A stretch of DNA of 64,000 nt. It comes from Candidatus Latescibacterota bacterium. GTDB lineage: Bacteria > Latescibacterota > UBA2968. The notes under the pieces are model-generated. The model made no database searches and was not told the DNA's origin. It saw only the letters and a program-made list of their open reading frames with translations. The stretch covers positions 4,384,001 through 4,448,000 of the forward strand of contig OZ244960.1 of assembly GCA_965222605.1 (NCBI GenBank), read 5' to 3'. The position numbers and the translations under genes are program-made. Numbering within the stretch: the stretch's first letter is position 1; each line of letters begins with the position of its first letter. Of this stretch, positions 9,191 through 18,558 are shown piece by piece.

Positions 9191-9709
9191 CTACTGGCCC
9201 TCGGTCGTGTCTGTGCCGTTAGGGGGCCGCTGAGCGAGGTCGCGGTCGAGCAAAAATAAGCCGTTGCCCTCTATGCCGACCAACTTGAGCGTGTCGATCA
9301 CTTCCTTGACAATGGCTTCTTCTTCGACTTGTTCGGCTATAAACCATTGGAGAAAGGTATGGGTGGCGTGGTCGCGTTCGGACAGGGCGAGATCGGCGAT
9401 GTTGTAGATGCTTTGAGAGACTTTTTGCTCTTGGGCAAGGGTATCTTCAAATACTTCTAAAGGGCTGTCCCAACATTGTTTGGGGGTATCAATAGCGCGA
9501 AGGCGTATATCGGCCTCGCGGTCGTCGAGAAAATCGTATATCTTCATACCATGGGTGAGTTCTTCCTGGGCTTGAACGCGCATCCAATGGGCAAAGCCAT
9601 TGAGGTTTTGCGTGAGAAAGTACGCGGACATTGCCAGATAACTATACGCCGAAAAGTATTCCATATTGAGTTGTTCATTGAGCGCGGCGGTTATGTTTGT
9701 GTTGATCAT
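9191..9709 (-). CDS. Non-haem ferritin
   Basis: LNEQLNMEYFSAYSYLAM, EELTH, WFIAEQVEEE. AGGAGG RBS. Confidence 0.92.
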   Translation of the reverse strand: MINTNITAALNEQLNMEYFSAYSYLAMSAYFLTQNLNGFAHWMRVQAQEELTHGMKIYDFLDDREADIRLRAIDTPKQCWDSPLEVFEDTLAQEQKVSQSIYNIADLALSERDHATHTFLQWFIAEQVEEEAIVKEVIDTLKLVGIEGNGLFLLDRDLAQRPPNGTDTTEGQ

Positions 9710-9981
9710 GATGTCCTCCTGTAGCGACAGGGTGTAAATAGCAGTACCCAAAGGGAGGATAAGTATAGGAAAAATATAGGTTTTGTCAACCAATTAAAAT
9801 AATTGATTGATTATACTTTGTTTAGAGAAAGAATTCCCAATGGTGTGGCGACATTTTTTTATTGATTCTTTTGGGAAAATTGCGTAAAACGTTATAGTAT
9901 TATACGTTGCTTCCAAACGCGGAGCGTATGACTACCCCAGCGTGGCACATAAGCCACCCGACAGGAGGTTTATTTTTTGTT

Positions 9982-10461
9982 ATGATTCCAGAAAAGGTCC
10001 TCAGGGCCTTGAACGAACAACTCAATTTTGAGTTCCATTCGGCATTTCACTATCTTGCGATGGAAACGTATTTTCACGGGGTAAGTCTGCATGGATTTGC
10101 CAGGTATATGCGCGAGCAATACAAAGAAGAACGGCAGCACGCGCTCAAGATCGTGGATTATATCAATGCGCGAAACTGTCGGGTCCTGCTCAAGCAGATC
10201 GCCGAACCCCCTTCTGAGTGGGCATCACCTATGGAGGTTTTTGAAGACGCTTACCAGCAAGAGCAGAAATCCAGTGGGATGATCAATGATCTGGTCGATC
10301 TCGCACTGAATGAACGCGATCATGCCACGGATATCTTCTTGAAGTGGTTTATTGAGAAACAGGTAGAAGAGGAGGCTCAGATTGGCAGTATGGTGCAGAA
10401 GTTGAAGCTGGTGGGTAATGATACTTATGGCTTGTTTTTGCTGGATAGAGATATGGGATGA
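9982..10461 (+). CDS. Non-haem ferritin (second, divergent)
   Basis: LNEQLNFEFHSAFHYLAM, EERQH, WFIEKQVEEE. AGGAGG RBS. Confidence 0.92.
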   Translation: MIPEKVLRALNEQLNFEFHSAFHYLAMETYFHGVSLHGFARYMREQYKEERQHALKIVDYINARNCRVLLKQIAEPPSEWASPMEVFEDAYQQEQKSSGMINDLVDLALNERDHATDIFLKWFIEKQVEEEAQIGSMVQKLKLVGNDTYGLFLLDRDMG

Positions 10462-10480
10462 GAGATAAAGCGATGTACAC

Positions 10481-10516
10481 AAAAAGTGCCCTCAGTATCT
10501 GAGGGCACTTTTTTTT
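10481..10516. terminator. Bidirectional terminator
   Basis: AAAAAGTGCCCTCAG-TAT-CTGAGGGCACTTTTTTTT. Confidence 0.85.
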
Positions 10517-10788
10517 ATACTTGATAGTGAATTAATTGAGATGAATATGTTGCGGGTTGGGCGGTCGAAATAGTTGATCGATACCGCTTCGTCTGTTGAT
10601 TCGGGAATGGTGATGCGCGAAATGCTCCAGTTGTATTTTGCGCGATAGGACGCTACGAGCGCGTCAATGGGCCGAAGCAATGCGAGAACAACGCCACTTA
10701 AACAGACGACGACGATGACAGCACCGCTGGTCAGACCGGTCCACAGATGAATTTGGCGGGTTGTTTTCCAGATGCGGTTATTATTCAT
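10492..10788 (-). pseudogene. Truncated PepSY-associated TM helix protein
   Basis: RQIHLWTGL..VVCLSG N-terminus only; the frame runs into the terminator. Confidence 0.6.
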
Positions 10789-10817
10789 AATCCATTCTCC
10801 GTCCAGTTAGATGCGTT

Positions 10818-12194
10818 CTACAAGGATTGCAAAAAGGCGAGCAATGCGTCGCGGTCTGTTTGGGATAAGTTTCGCACGGCTTCGCGCGATTGTTCGGCTT
10901 CGCCGCCGTGGAACATAATGGCTTCGAGCAAGGTTCTGGCTCTGCCATCGTGTAAGTAGGCCGGAACACCGCTGACAGTTTCTGTGAGTCCAATGCCCCA
11001 CAGTGGGGTCGTTTTCCACTCGCGACCATCGGCTTCGTAGTCCGGGCGATTATCGGCGAGGGCTTCGCCCATGTCGTGGAGTAGCAAATCAGTGTAGGGG
11101 TGAATGGTTTGATCCGATAGCGACGAGATGCTGTGGTTGCCTGTTTTAAATGTGGTGGTATGGCAATTTGCACAACCGGTTGATTCAAAGAGTGCTTCGC
11201 CTCGCAATACCTGTGGATCATCCCAATTGCGCCGTGCGGGTACGGCGAGCGTTTGTATGTAAAATGTGGTAATGTCCAATGTTTCCTGTAAAATTTCCGG
11301 ATCATCGTTGCGGCCATCGTGCTGGGGTTGTCCGGATACAGATTCCTGAGGGAAATAGGGGTTGGTAACGCCCATGTCTTCGTTGTACGCGCCGGCGGTC
11401 TGCTGCAAAAGATCGGGATTATTGGCTTTCAGTCCAAAGCGCCCGAGTTCTCTTTGGCCCGTTCGGAAATTGTACACATAATTGGGACGGCCCGATATGC
11501 CGTCTCCGTTGCCATCTCCGGGATCTGATAGGGAGAGAATATCAGACTCGGAGATGGCTTCCAATAGGCCGCGTCCAAATACGGGCGGGGCCATGCGCGC
11601 GGATAGGAGTACGCCAGCGGGCAGTGGTTGATATGCGTCAACAATGGTGTAGATGGGGTGTTTTAGATAAACTTTTTCGCCATCGGATAGGGTTTCCGTT
11701 GTTTCATAAAAGCTGACTTGAACACGCGCTTCGAGTTTGACGCCAAAGTTTGAGCGGTCGCCGAGTTGGACGCCAAAGCCCGAAACGGGTACAGGACCGC
11801 CGTGCGGGGTGAATCCGGGCAGGCTGACGCGCATGAGCATGGAGCCGACAAAGGGCGGTTCCGAGCCGAATGCACCGCGCCCTCGTCCGTCGCGCAGATG
11901 ACATCCCACGCAAGAGGTGTGGCTAAACACGGGGCCTAAGCCGGGGTTGACTTCTGCAGGAGCGGTGACAAAGGCTTGTTCAAAGGCGGCATCGCCCGCA
12001 AAAAATTTGTCGAGTTCGTCGGGCGAGAGTGTTGGAATGGGCATTTCAAAAGCCTGACTGGATGCGTCAAAGACGGTTGCCTGTCCGCCAGATAAAGCAC
12101 TGTCCTCTGAGGGAGTGGGTGCAACGGGATTTTTGCTGCTGCATGTTAGAATGAACAGCATTGCAGCAATGGTGCATAAAAGATGTATTTTCAC
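10818..12194 (-). CDS. Di-haem oxidoreductase family (DHOR) lipoprotein
   Basis: Two CxxCH (CVGCH, CANCH), GRFG.KA, PYTDLLLHDMG, TTPLWGIG, YLHDGRART. Confidence 0.9.
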   Translation of the reverse strand: MKIHLLCTIAAMLFILTCSSKNPVAPTPSEDSALSGGQATVFDASSQAFEMPIPTLSPDELDKFFAGDAAFEQAFVTAPAEVNPGLGPVFSHTSCVGCHLRDGRGRGAFGSEPPFVGSMLMRVSLPGFTPHGGPVPVSGFGVQLGDRSNFGVKLEARVQVSFYETTETLSDGEKVYLKHPIYTIVDAYQPLPAGVLLSARMAPPVFGRGLLEAISESDILSLSDPGDGNGDGISGRPNYVYNFRTGQRELGRFGLKANNPDLLQQTAGAYNEDMGVTNPYFPQESVSGQPQHDGRNDDPEILQETLDITTFYIQTLAVPARRNWDDPQVLRGEALFESTGCANCHTTTFKTGNHSISSLSDQTIHPYTDLLLHDMGEALADNRPDYEADGREWKTTPLWGIGLTETVSGVPAYLHDGRARTLLEAIMFHGGEAEQSREAVRNLSQTDRDALLAFLQSL

Positions 12195-12277
12195 GAGTGC
12201 AAACTCTTGATCTGATCTAAAGGATGTAGAAGATGATACAAACTCGGCCGATAGGGCGATGCCCTATCGGCTTTTTT

Positions 12278-13348
12278 TTACTGTTCTGCTAATACCAGAG
12301 ACATAATATCGCCTTCGAGTGTTTGTTGAACGGTTGCAATGGCCTGTTGCGCTGCTGTTATTTGCGCGCTATCGGTGGCGAGAGCATCGCGGAATGGGAA
12401 GGAGATTTTGCCAATTTCTGTAATGGCCGCCTGAATTTCAGCCTGGAAACGCTGGTCGAGAGCGGAGTCTTTGCTTTTGACAAATTCATCGAGGCCCACT
12501 GCTTCAACATTGTACCCACCCAGGTAAACATTTTGAATGCTGCGGATATTGTCTTGAAAGTCGAGGAGGGAGTTAAAGCTGAATTGCGATTCCACCAGGC
12601 GCGTGTCTTTCTCGGTAAAAGGATCGGCAATTTTGCCGTTTCCGACTTTGTCGGCAATGCCAATCATGCCGTTGACCATTTCCTGGACAGCGGCTTTTTG
12701 CGTGGTGTAGGTGTTGCTCCCGGCGCCGGCATTGATCACCTGGGCGCGGAAGTTTTCGCCGGATGCGATCCAACTCGTGTGCAGGGATGTTGCCGCGTCT
12801 TTGAGCAATTCTGACGCTGCGATCAAATAATCGTATTGGCGCGGGGTGAAGTCTTTGATGGTTTTGCTGCCGCCTTCGTCAAAGAGTAAGAATTCAACGG
12901 TGTGAAATCCCTTGAGTTCGTTGGCGAGGTTGTTTACGGATGTTTTGGTCAGGGGATCGCCGCTACCCAGAACGCCTTCGAGATCGGTGCGGTTGACTGG
13001 CCAGGAATCCAGCGCGGGGTCAAAGCCGCTAAAATCGACGGGACCGAACAAAAAACCCTCGCTTTTTTCCCAGGGAGAACGCGAGGCCACCCATTTTGCA
13101 CGGGCTGTTGCCAACGTGGCTGCCGAGGGATTGGTTTTGAGATTTTGCACAGCAGTGAGGAGTTCTGTGGCGACGGTGGCGAGGTCTTTGTAGGTCGGGA
13201 TAACTGTTTTGTCGGCAAAGTCGGTCAAAATGGGTGAAAAATCATATCCGGGTTCGGGTTCTGGCGCGACGGGGCTTGCGCCCTTGCTGTTGCAGGCCGC
13301 GAGGGAAAAGGCGAGGATGATACCGAGTAAGGGTTTGATGCGTTTCAT
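12278..13348 (-). CDS. Imelysin/IrpA-like iron-regulated lipoprotein
   Basis: Lipobox LAAC, SEGFLFGP, DSWP, GFHTVEFLLF (GxHxxE), VESQFS. Confidence 0.88.
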   Translation of the reverse strand: MKRIKPLLGIILAFSLAACNSKGASPVAPEPEPGYDFSPILTDFADKTVIPTYKDLATVATELLTAVQNLKTNPSAATLATARAKWVASRSPWEKSEGFLFGPVDFSGFDPALDSWPVNRTDLEGVLGSGDPLTKTSVNNLANELKGFHTVEFLLFDEGGSKTIKDFTPRQYDYLIAASELLKDAATSLHTSWIASGENFRAQVINAGAGSNTYTTQKAAVQEMVNGMIGIADKVGNGKIADPFTEKDTRLVESQFSFNSLLDFQDNIRSIQNVYLGGYNVEAVGLDEFVKSKDSALDQRFQAEIQAAITEIGKISFPFRDALATDSAQITAAQQAIATVQQTLEGDIMSLVLAEQ

Positions 13349-13369
13349 GGTGATTCTCCTTGTAAAAAA

Positions 13370-14611
13370 TTAGAATTGAAAACCGAGTGCAAAACTGGCG
13401 GTGTTTTCGCCGTTGAAGTTTGACGCGCCCAGGCGACGCATGGCATAGTCGCCTTTCAGGACGACAGTATTGCTCATGGTGTAGTTGAGACCAAAGGTGT
13501 AAACGCGGCGTTTGAAGCGCGGATTGTCAAAAAAGTTGAGCGGCATTTTGGCCATTGTGTCGTAGCTGTCAAAGCGAAAGAATAGGTGGCATTGATCCTC
13601 CTTGCGCGAAGTGAAAAAGGGCATGATGTCGTAACCGGCTTCGGCATAAAATGCATACGCTGCACTGGCGACGGGTGTTCTCAAGACATCGAGGTTATTG
13701 GACAACGTGCGGTTGCGCTCGCTGACAATGTCCGCATTTTGCAGGTGTCCGTAGAGATACAGGCCTTGTGCACGGAAGCGATTGTATCGAAGCACAGTGT
13801 GGACGTCAAAAATGGATATGTAGGCGTCTGTATCTTTCATGTCGGGTTTGGGGCGGTTGTCGGCACTGTTGCCGCGATAGCCCGATACGCCAAAGGTGAG
13901 ACCATCAACGAGGCGGTAGTCCAATCGACCCGCAAGGGCCATGTTGGATGCGCGAACTTCTTCAAAGCGCGTTTGATGCCCGCCTACAATCCAGTTTTGC
14001 GAATTGAAGCCTGTGGCGTCTAAGCCGTTGACGAGTTGGAACTGATAGGTCAGGCGATTGATATGGCCGCTGATTTCAATACCTGTCTCGTGCCATATTG
14101 CCGGAATAATCGTGGTTTCCGATTCGGGGCGGCGGGTGCCAAAAAAGTCCGTGGGATGGTATTGCTCTGTGGTGAGGCCCACCGCGACGTAGAAGTGGCC
14201 CAGGCGGATGTTGAAGGCGTCGCTAAATTCGCGTTTGATGTAGAGTTCTTCGAGGATGACTTCCCCGCCTTTTTCCACTTCGGTTTCGTATTCGCCAAAT
14301 TCTTCGTATTCGATTTCGAGGGCACCGCCCGTACCGCCGTGTTCGATTTCCACTTCGGTTTCCAGTTCGACACCGCGCAGCAGGCGGATTTCCATTTCGA
14401 GTGCCAAACGCGCAATATCTATGGTGGCGCGGCTATCCGGTGGCGAACCCGTTGGGCTGCTTTTCTGATCGGGACCGTAATCGAAGTGGGAGTAGATGAG
14501 TTCACCGTATCCCGTGATTTTAAGTTTGGGCGCTGATTTATGGCCTTCAGCCATGATGTTCATGGGCAACGCGAGCGTTAGACAGATGCTAAACAAAAAA
14601 AGTCGTTTCAT
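13370..14611 (-). CDS. Outer-membrane porin-like protein of the imelysin iron-uptake cluster
   Basis: Signal peptide, EVEIEHGG, acidic EYEEFGEYE.E.EKGGEV loop, C-terminal F. Confidence 0.8.
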   Translation of the reverse strand: MKRLFLFSICLTLALPMNIMAEGHKSAPKLKITGYGELIYSHFDYGPDQKSSPTGSPPDSRATIDIARLALEMEIRLLRGVELETEVEIEHGGTGGALEIEYEEFGEYETEVEKGGEVILEELYIKREFSDAFNIRLGHFYVAVGLTTEQYHPTDFFGTRRPESETTIIPAIWHETGIEISGHINRLTYQFQLVNGLDATGFNSQNWIVGGHQTRFEEVRASNMALAGRLDYRLVDGLTFGVSGYRGNSADNRPKPDMKDTDAYISIFDVHTVLRYNRFRAQGLYLYGHLQNADIVSERNRTLSNNLDVLRTPVASAAYAFYAEAGYDIMPFFTSRKEDQCHLFFRFDSYDTMAKMPLNFFDNPRFKRRVYTFGLNYTMSNTVVLKGDYAMRRLGASNFNGENTASFALGFQF

Positions 14612-14631
14612 AAACCTCCCCTGTGTGAATA

Positions 14632-14660
14632 TTGACGCTGAAAAGGCGTGCTGTTATATT
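14632..14660 (+). promoter_or_regulatory. sigma70 promoter antisense to the porin leader
   Basis: TTGACG-17bp-TATATT with TGn extension. Confidence 0.6.
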
Positions 14661-14666
14661 GTGTCC

Positions 14667-14754
14667 TGCAAGCGCAGAGGGTTTGATCTCTCTGGCGCGT
14701 GCGCGCGGGTGATCGGTGATGGCCGGGCAAGTCAGAACCGATCGCCTTTTTTTT
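14667..14754 (+). ncRNA. Candidate antisense sRNA (~88 nt)
   Basis: Own promoter, 5' hairpin GCGCAGAGG..TCTCTGGCGC, terminator GGTGATCGGT..ACCGATCGCC + T8. Confidence 0.5.
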
Positions 14755-15514
14755 ATGTACGACGTATGCGGCGCTTTCTGGTGCGCCACCAGATGACCAG
14801 GCCAGAGATGGACAGGCCGATCAGGCCCCAGGCGGCGATGTCGTAGAGATAAACAAACCAATCGGCAAAGAAATAACCGGTGTGAATCTGGTGTATGATC
14901 GTGTAGAGATCGCGTCCGGGTTCTGCGGATTGGGCGATAGAGGCCCAGATTTTACCGCCGTTGGAACTGGTGAGCAAGCCACCTGAGGTCCACAGGTTCA
15001 GGTTTTGAGTGGAGCCAATACCAATGCGCTGGAGGCGAATGCCTTCGGCAAGGGGCATAAATCCAAGGGAGACTTGCTCCCATACGATGCCGCCATCGGT
15101 TGAGCGAATGAGGCCCAGATCTTCGAGGACGACGTAAATGTGGTTGGGATTGTCGGGTGCATAGGCGATGTCAACGGCGCGTTCTGCTGCGAAGAGCATT
15201 GGGACTTCGGTCCAGGTTTTGCCGCCGTCTTCAGAAGAATAAAGGGCTGATCGCGTGCCGCGATAGAGGTGTTGGGGATCGCGGGGATCAACCGCAAATG
15301 AGAGGGTGCGTTCAGAGGGCGCGCCGAGCAGGCTGGGGTGATTGAGCAAAAAACCCGAGATGGCGAGTAGAGATAAAAATATGAGTGCGCCGATGCCGAC
15401 ATAGCGATGGAGTTTGCGGAAAAATTCGGTGCGCTTTGTTCGCGTTCTGGGCTGTTCTTTGTGAAGCGGGATGGTTTTACTCCCGCGTGTGGAAGCCTGA
15501 GATGTGGTACTCAT
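14753..15514 (-). CDS. PepSY-associated TM protein with BNR/sortilin-type repeats
   Basis: RKLHRYVGI, repeated SxDGGxxW, HQIHTGYFF. Confidence 0.75.
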   Translation of the reverse strand: MSTTSQASTRGSKTIPLHKEQPRTRTKRTEFFRKLHRYVGIGALIFLSLLAISGFLLNHPSLLGAPSERTLSFAVDPRDPQHLYRGTRSALYSSEDGGKTWTEVPMLFAAERAVDIAYAPDNPNHIYVVLEDLGLIRSTDGGIVWEQVSLGFMPLAEGIRLQRIGIGSTQNLNLWTSGGLLTSSNGGKIWASIAQSAEPGRDLYTIIHQIHTGYFFADWFVYLYDIAAWGLIGLSISGLVIWWRTRKRRIRRT

Positions 15515-16086
15515 GGTGATTCTTGTTGTGAGTAAATGACATCGAGGACTGTGAGAACCCTCTTGACGCCCGCATTTAAGGCGCGTACCGATAGGGTTGC
15601 GCCACTGATGCCGATAATGTCGCGGTTGAGACGAATGTGGTGGTTGATGTTTTTATTTCTGTATTGGGTCAAGAACCGCTGGCGTTTGACCTGACCGCCT
15701 CGCGATTCGCGATAGACCATGATCCATACACCGCCAACGCGGTGATCGGGTTTGACTTTGACGATGAAGGTGATGGGTTTGTAGAGGCCAATTTGATTCG
15801 TGATGATCGCGTATCCCTGATGTTGTTCATTTTTTTTTGCCTGAAAAATAGTGAAGTCGGGTTCTTCAAGGCGCCACCCCAATCGCCTTTCAATGCGTCG
15901 CCGTTCTTGTGGGGTTGGGGTCCAGACTTCGCTCCAGAGCGTGTCTGCATCCGGGAAGGCTTTTTTTAGAGCCTGTTCTTCTGTGAGGTAAACAGTGATA
16001 GCCTCTGGGCCGTCGGGACCCTGCGCGAATCCGAGTCCCGATAGCAGGCAGACCATGATACAGAACACGTACTTATTTTTTATCAC
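15511..16086 (-). CDS. FMN-binding domain protein (flavinylation substrate)
   Basis: YRESRGGQV, ISGATLS flavinylation motif. Confidence 0.8.
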   Translation of the reverse strand: MIKNKYVFCIMVCLLSGLGFAQGPDGPEAITVYLTEEQALKKAFPDADTLWSEVWTPTPQERRRIERRLGWRLEEPDFTIFQAKKNEQHQGYAIITNQIGLYKPITFIVKVKPDHRVGGVWIMVYRESRGGQVKRQRFLTQYRNKNINHHIRLNRDIIGISGATLSVRALNAGVKRVLTVLDVIYSQQESP

Positions 16087-16104
16087 TGTTTTCAGTCCTG
16101 CATC

Positions 16105-17223
16105 TTAAAAATACGACGCAATGGAAAAGAAGAGACGGCCTGTGCCATCGCCTTTGTCGCCATTTGCCGGAGTTTTATAGGTGTTGTTGTAATCCAGCTT
16201 AAATACCGTGTCTTCAACGGGGCGGAAGTTCAAACCAAAGGTGATTCCGTATTCCGAATCGCCGGTTATTGTGGTATCAAAATCGACCCAGTCCCAGCGC
16301 GCAATAGCTGTGAACACGGATTCTGACAAGAAATAGTCGTGCCCAAAGTGAAAGTTGGTTTGTGCATAAGCACCGCGCTGGTCGCCGTTAAATCCATCGG
16401 CGGTGGCTTGCCCGTATTCGCCCTGAAGTTCAATGGGCCCCTGTGTAAATTGTGCGTCGGCACCGAGGATGGAGAGGCGGTTATTGCCCGCATCGTCGTA
16501 TTTGCCCGTGTGGAAAGATGCGCCGAGGTCAATGCCAAGGCGCGGGCTGAAGCCGAATCGTCCGACGAGTGCTTTGTCGTGGTTGTTGTCCGATTTTTGG
16601 CTGCCCCGTCCGCTTCGAATGCGGAGTTTGCCGCCGGAGTTGACTTTTTCGTTGAATCCGTTGACGAGATAGATTTCATAAGTTGCTACAGAGATTTCAG
16701 AGGGGTAAAAGGTGCCAAAGAAGCCCATTCCCGCTTCTGCGAGGGTAGATGGCATGATTTGACGGTTCACGGTGGGGCGTTCGGTCAGGTCGTTGAGTGG
16801 CGTATCGTGCAAGAGGTTGAAACGCCCGAGCGGGGAGAGGATGACACCGCCCCGATAGCTGAAGGCTTCTGTAAAGGTGAAGTCCAGGACGGCGTATTCG
16901 AGTTTGATTTCGCCATCGGTGTTGCTGCTGCCTTTGACGAGGCCGCCGTGTTCAAATTCGATTTCGCATGAAACGTGAAGTCGGTCGGTGATTTCCGAGT
17001 AGATAAATGGGATAAAGCGGTGCTGGTCAAAGGTGCTGTCTTTTCCTTCTGTCCACTCAAATTCGTGGTCGAGATATCCGCCGATAGCTACATTTTTGCC
17101 CATGCGTTTGATATAGGGTTTGTCGTATATGCCGCCGGGCAATTCGGGCCGTTTGTCTTCCTCGGCTATGATGGGAAGTGCGAGTGTGAGAGACAAGAAC
17201 GAAGCGAGCAGTTTGAAGCACAT
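16105..17223 (-). CDS. Outer-membrane porin-like protein
   Basis: Signal peptide, GGIYDKP, EIEFEHGG, C-terminal YF. GGAGG RBS. Confidence 0.8.
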   Translation of the reverse strand: MCFKLLASFLSLTLALPIIAEEDKRPELPGGIYDKPYIKRMGKNVAIGGYLDHEFEWTEGKDSTFDQHRFIPFIYSEITDRLHVSCEIEFEHGGLVKGSSNTDGEIKLEYAVLDFTFTEAFSYRGGVILSPLGRFNLLHDTPLNDLTERPTVNRQIMPSTLAEAGMGFFGTFYPSEISVATYEIYLVNGFNEKVNSGGKLRIRSGRGSQKSDNNHDKALVGRFGFSPRLGIDLGASFHTGKYDDAGNNRLSILGADAQFTQGPIELQGEYGQATADGFNGDQRGAYAQTNFHFGHDYFLSESVFTAIARWDWVDFDTTITGDSEYGITFGLNFRPVEDTVFKLDYNNTYKTPANGDKGDGTGRLFFSIASYF

Positions 17224-17262
17224 GTTTCCTCCAGTGAGAAACACAACGCCGTTCAAAGTGGG

Positions 17263-17291
17263 TTGACATGAACCGCAAAACACCCTACTTT
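17263..17291 (+). promoter_or_regulatory. sigma70 promoter antisense to the operon leader
   Basis: TTGACA-17bp-TACTTT. Confidence 0.6.
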
Positions 17292-17297
17292 GAATAC

Positions 17298-17374
17298 GAG
17301 TTGTGCCTTTGGTGTGACTCAGACCATCTTCCGTTGGGCTGGCAGGCTCGTGAGACGGCAGGTGGTCTTTTTTT
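17298..17374 (+). ncRNA. Candidate antisense sRNA (~77 nt)
   Basis: Starts 7 nt after the -10. G-U-rich hairpin GAGTTGTGCC-TTT-GGTGTGACTC, then stem AGACCATCTTCCGT..ACGGCAGGTGGTCT + T7. Confidence 0.5.
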
Positions 17375-17393
17375 GTTTGGCGGTCTATAGATA

Positions 17394-17411
17394 TGTTTTA
17401 GTAATAAAACA
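17394..17411. promoter_or_regulatory. Palindromic operator candidate upstream of the iron-uptake operon
   Basis: Perfect 7-4-7 palindrome TGTTTTA-GTAA-TAAAACA. Confidence 0.4.
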
Positions 17412-17580
17412 ATCGCCCAACAAGCAAAACAAATGTTGGGTATATGTCAACAAGTTTTTTAATTTTTTTCTTACATTATGATAAGTCAGGTTAATTCAGC
17501 TTTGGCGATCAACTGAAAAGGGTTGAATTTTTGGGACAAGTACCTATTTTGTTTGCCGATCTTGTGCGAGGAGGCGTGAA

Positions 17581-18558
17581 ATGTCTGAGGTATTGAAGGT
17601 CGCTGTTATTGGCGCGAGTGGCATTGGGCAGCACCACGCGCGATGGCACCATTTGTCGGGGTCTCGGGTGGTGGCATTTGCGGGCACTTCGGAAGAGTCG
17701 TGTGCAAAAACCCGGTCGCAATTGCAGGCGTATTTTGGATTTGATGGGCGTGCATATACGGATGTGGCACACATGCTGGCGGCTGAACAACCCGATGTGG
17801 TCGATGTATCAAGTCCTTTTCACCTGCACAGAGACCATGCAATTATGGCTCTGGAAAGCGGGTGCCAGGTGGTGTGTGAAAAGCCTTTGTGTTGGGATAT
17901 GGATAGGGATTTGGACGATATTTTGGCCGATGGACAGGCTGTGGTGCGTGCGGCGGAACAGGCGGGCAAATCGCTGGTGATGTCTGCACAGTATCCCGCG
18001 GGGATTTCAATTTATCGCGATTTTTACGCGCGTGTGCGGGGGACGTGGGATAAAGTTGAGTCGCTCGAGATGGAGATGGAGGTGAAGGGTCGCAGGGGGC
18101 CGAAGGCACGAGAAGATATTTGGATTGATCTGGCTTCCCATCCGTTGAGTTTGGTCCTGGGTTTTTTGCCAGAGGGAGAAATCGATTGGGCAACGGCCTC
18201 GTGTATAATAGACGAGCGGGAAAATCGCGCGAGTTTTGATGTGATCACGCCCGAAGGGCGGTGCGATGTGAGGTTTGTTTTGCGCGATGTCGATGAGGGG
18301 ATTCCCGTGCGGCAATTTGGCGTGAATGGCTTTTTGGTGAATTGGGAGGGGTTTGCCGATGATGAGGGTATTTATCGCGCGCGATTAGTTCATGGGGATG
18401 AGGCTGTGATTTGCGACGATTTTATGCATATTTTAATTGATGAATTTGGCAGGCATGTACGCGGCGAAGATGGGCGGGTTGTTGTTTCTGGCGAGGACGC
18501 TTTGAAGAATTTGCAGTATCAAATTGCCCTGTTAAAGCTGGCGGATTGGCCTGTATGA
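17581..18558 (+). CDS. Gfo/Idh/MocA oxidoreductase
   Basis: IGASGIG, CEKP, DLASH. Confidence 0.85.
   Translation: MSEVLKVAVIGASGIGQHHARWHHLSGSRVVAFAGTSEESCAKTRSQLQAYFGFDGRAYTDVAHMLAAEQPDVVDVSSPFHLHRDHAIMALESGCQVVCEKPLCWDMDRDLDDILADGQAVVRAAEQAGKSLVMSAQYPAGISIYRDFYARVRGTWDKVESLEMEMEVKGRRGPKAREDIWIDLASHPLSLVLGFLPEGEIDWATASCIIDERENRASFDVITPEGRCDVRFVLRDVDEGIPVRQFGVNGFLVNWEGFADDEGIYRARLVHGDEAVICDDFMHILIDEFGRHVRGEDGRVVVSGEDALKNLQYQIALLKLADWPV

Noticed and set aside
12246-12279. Third antisense sRNA in the iron operon
   Set aside because: A hairpin with a + strand T-run is present, but I found no properly spaced promoter. More likely an mRNA-stabilising or REP-like hairpin. It also cautions that such hairpins alone do not prove an sRNA.
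17224-17400. Cobalamin or other known riboswitch in the porin leader
   Set aside because: No recognisable B12-box or other aptamer consensus by eye, and G-U pairs and the U-tract favour the opposite strand. An Rfam scan is still needed.
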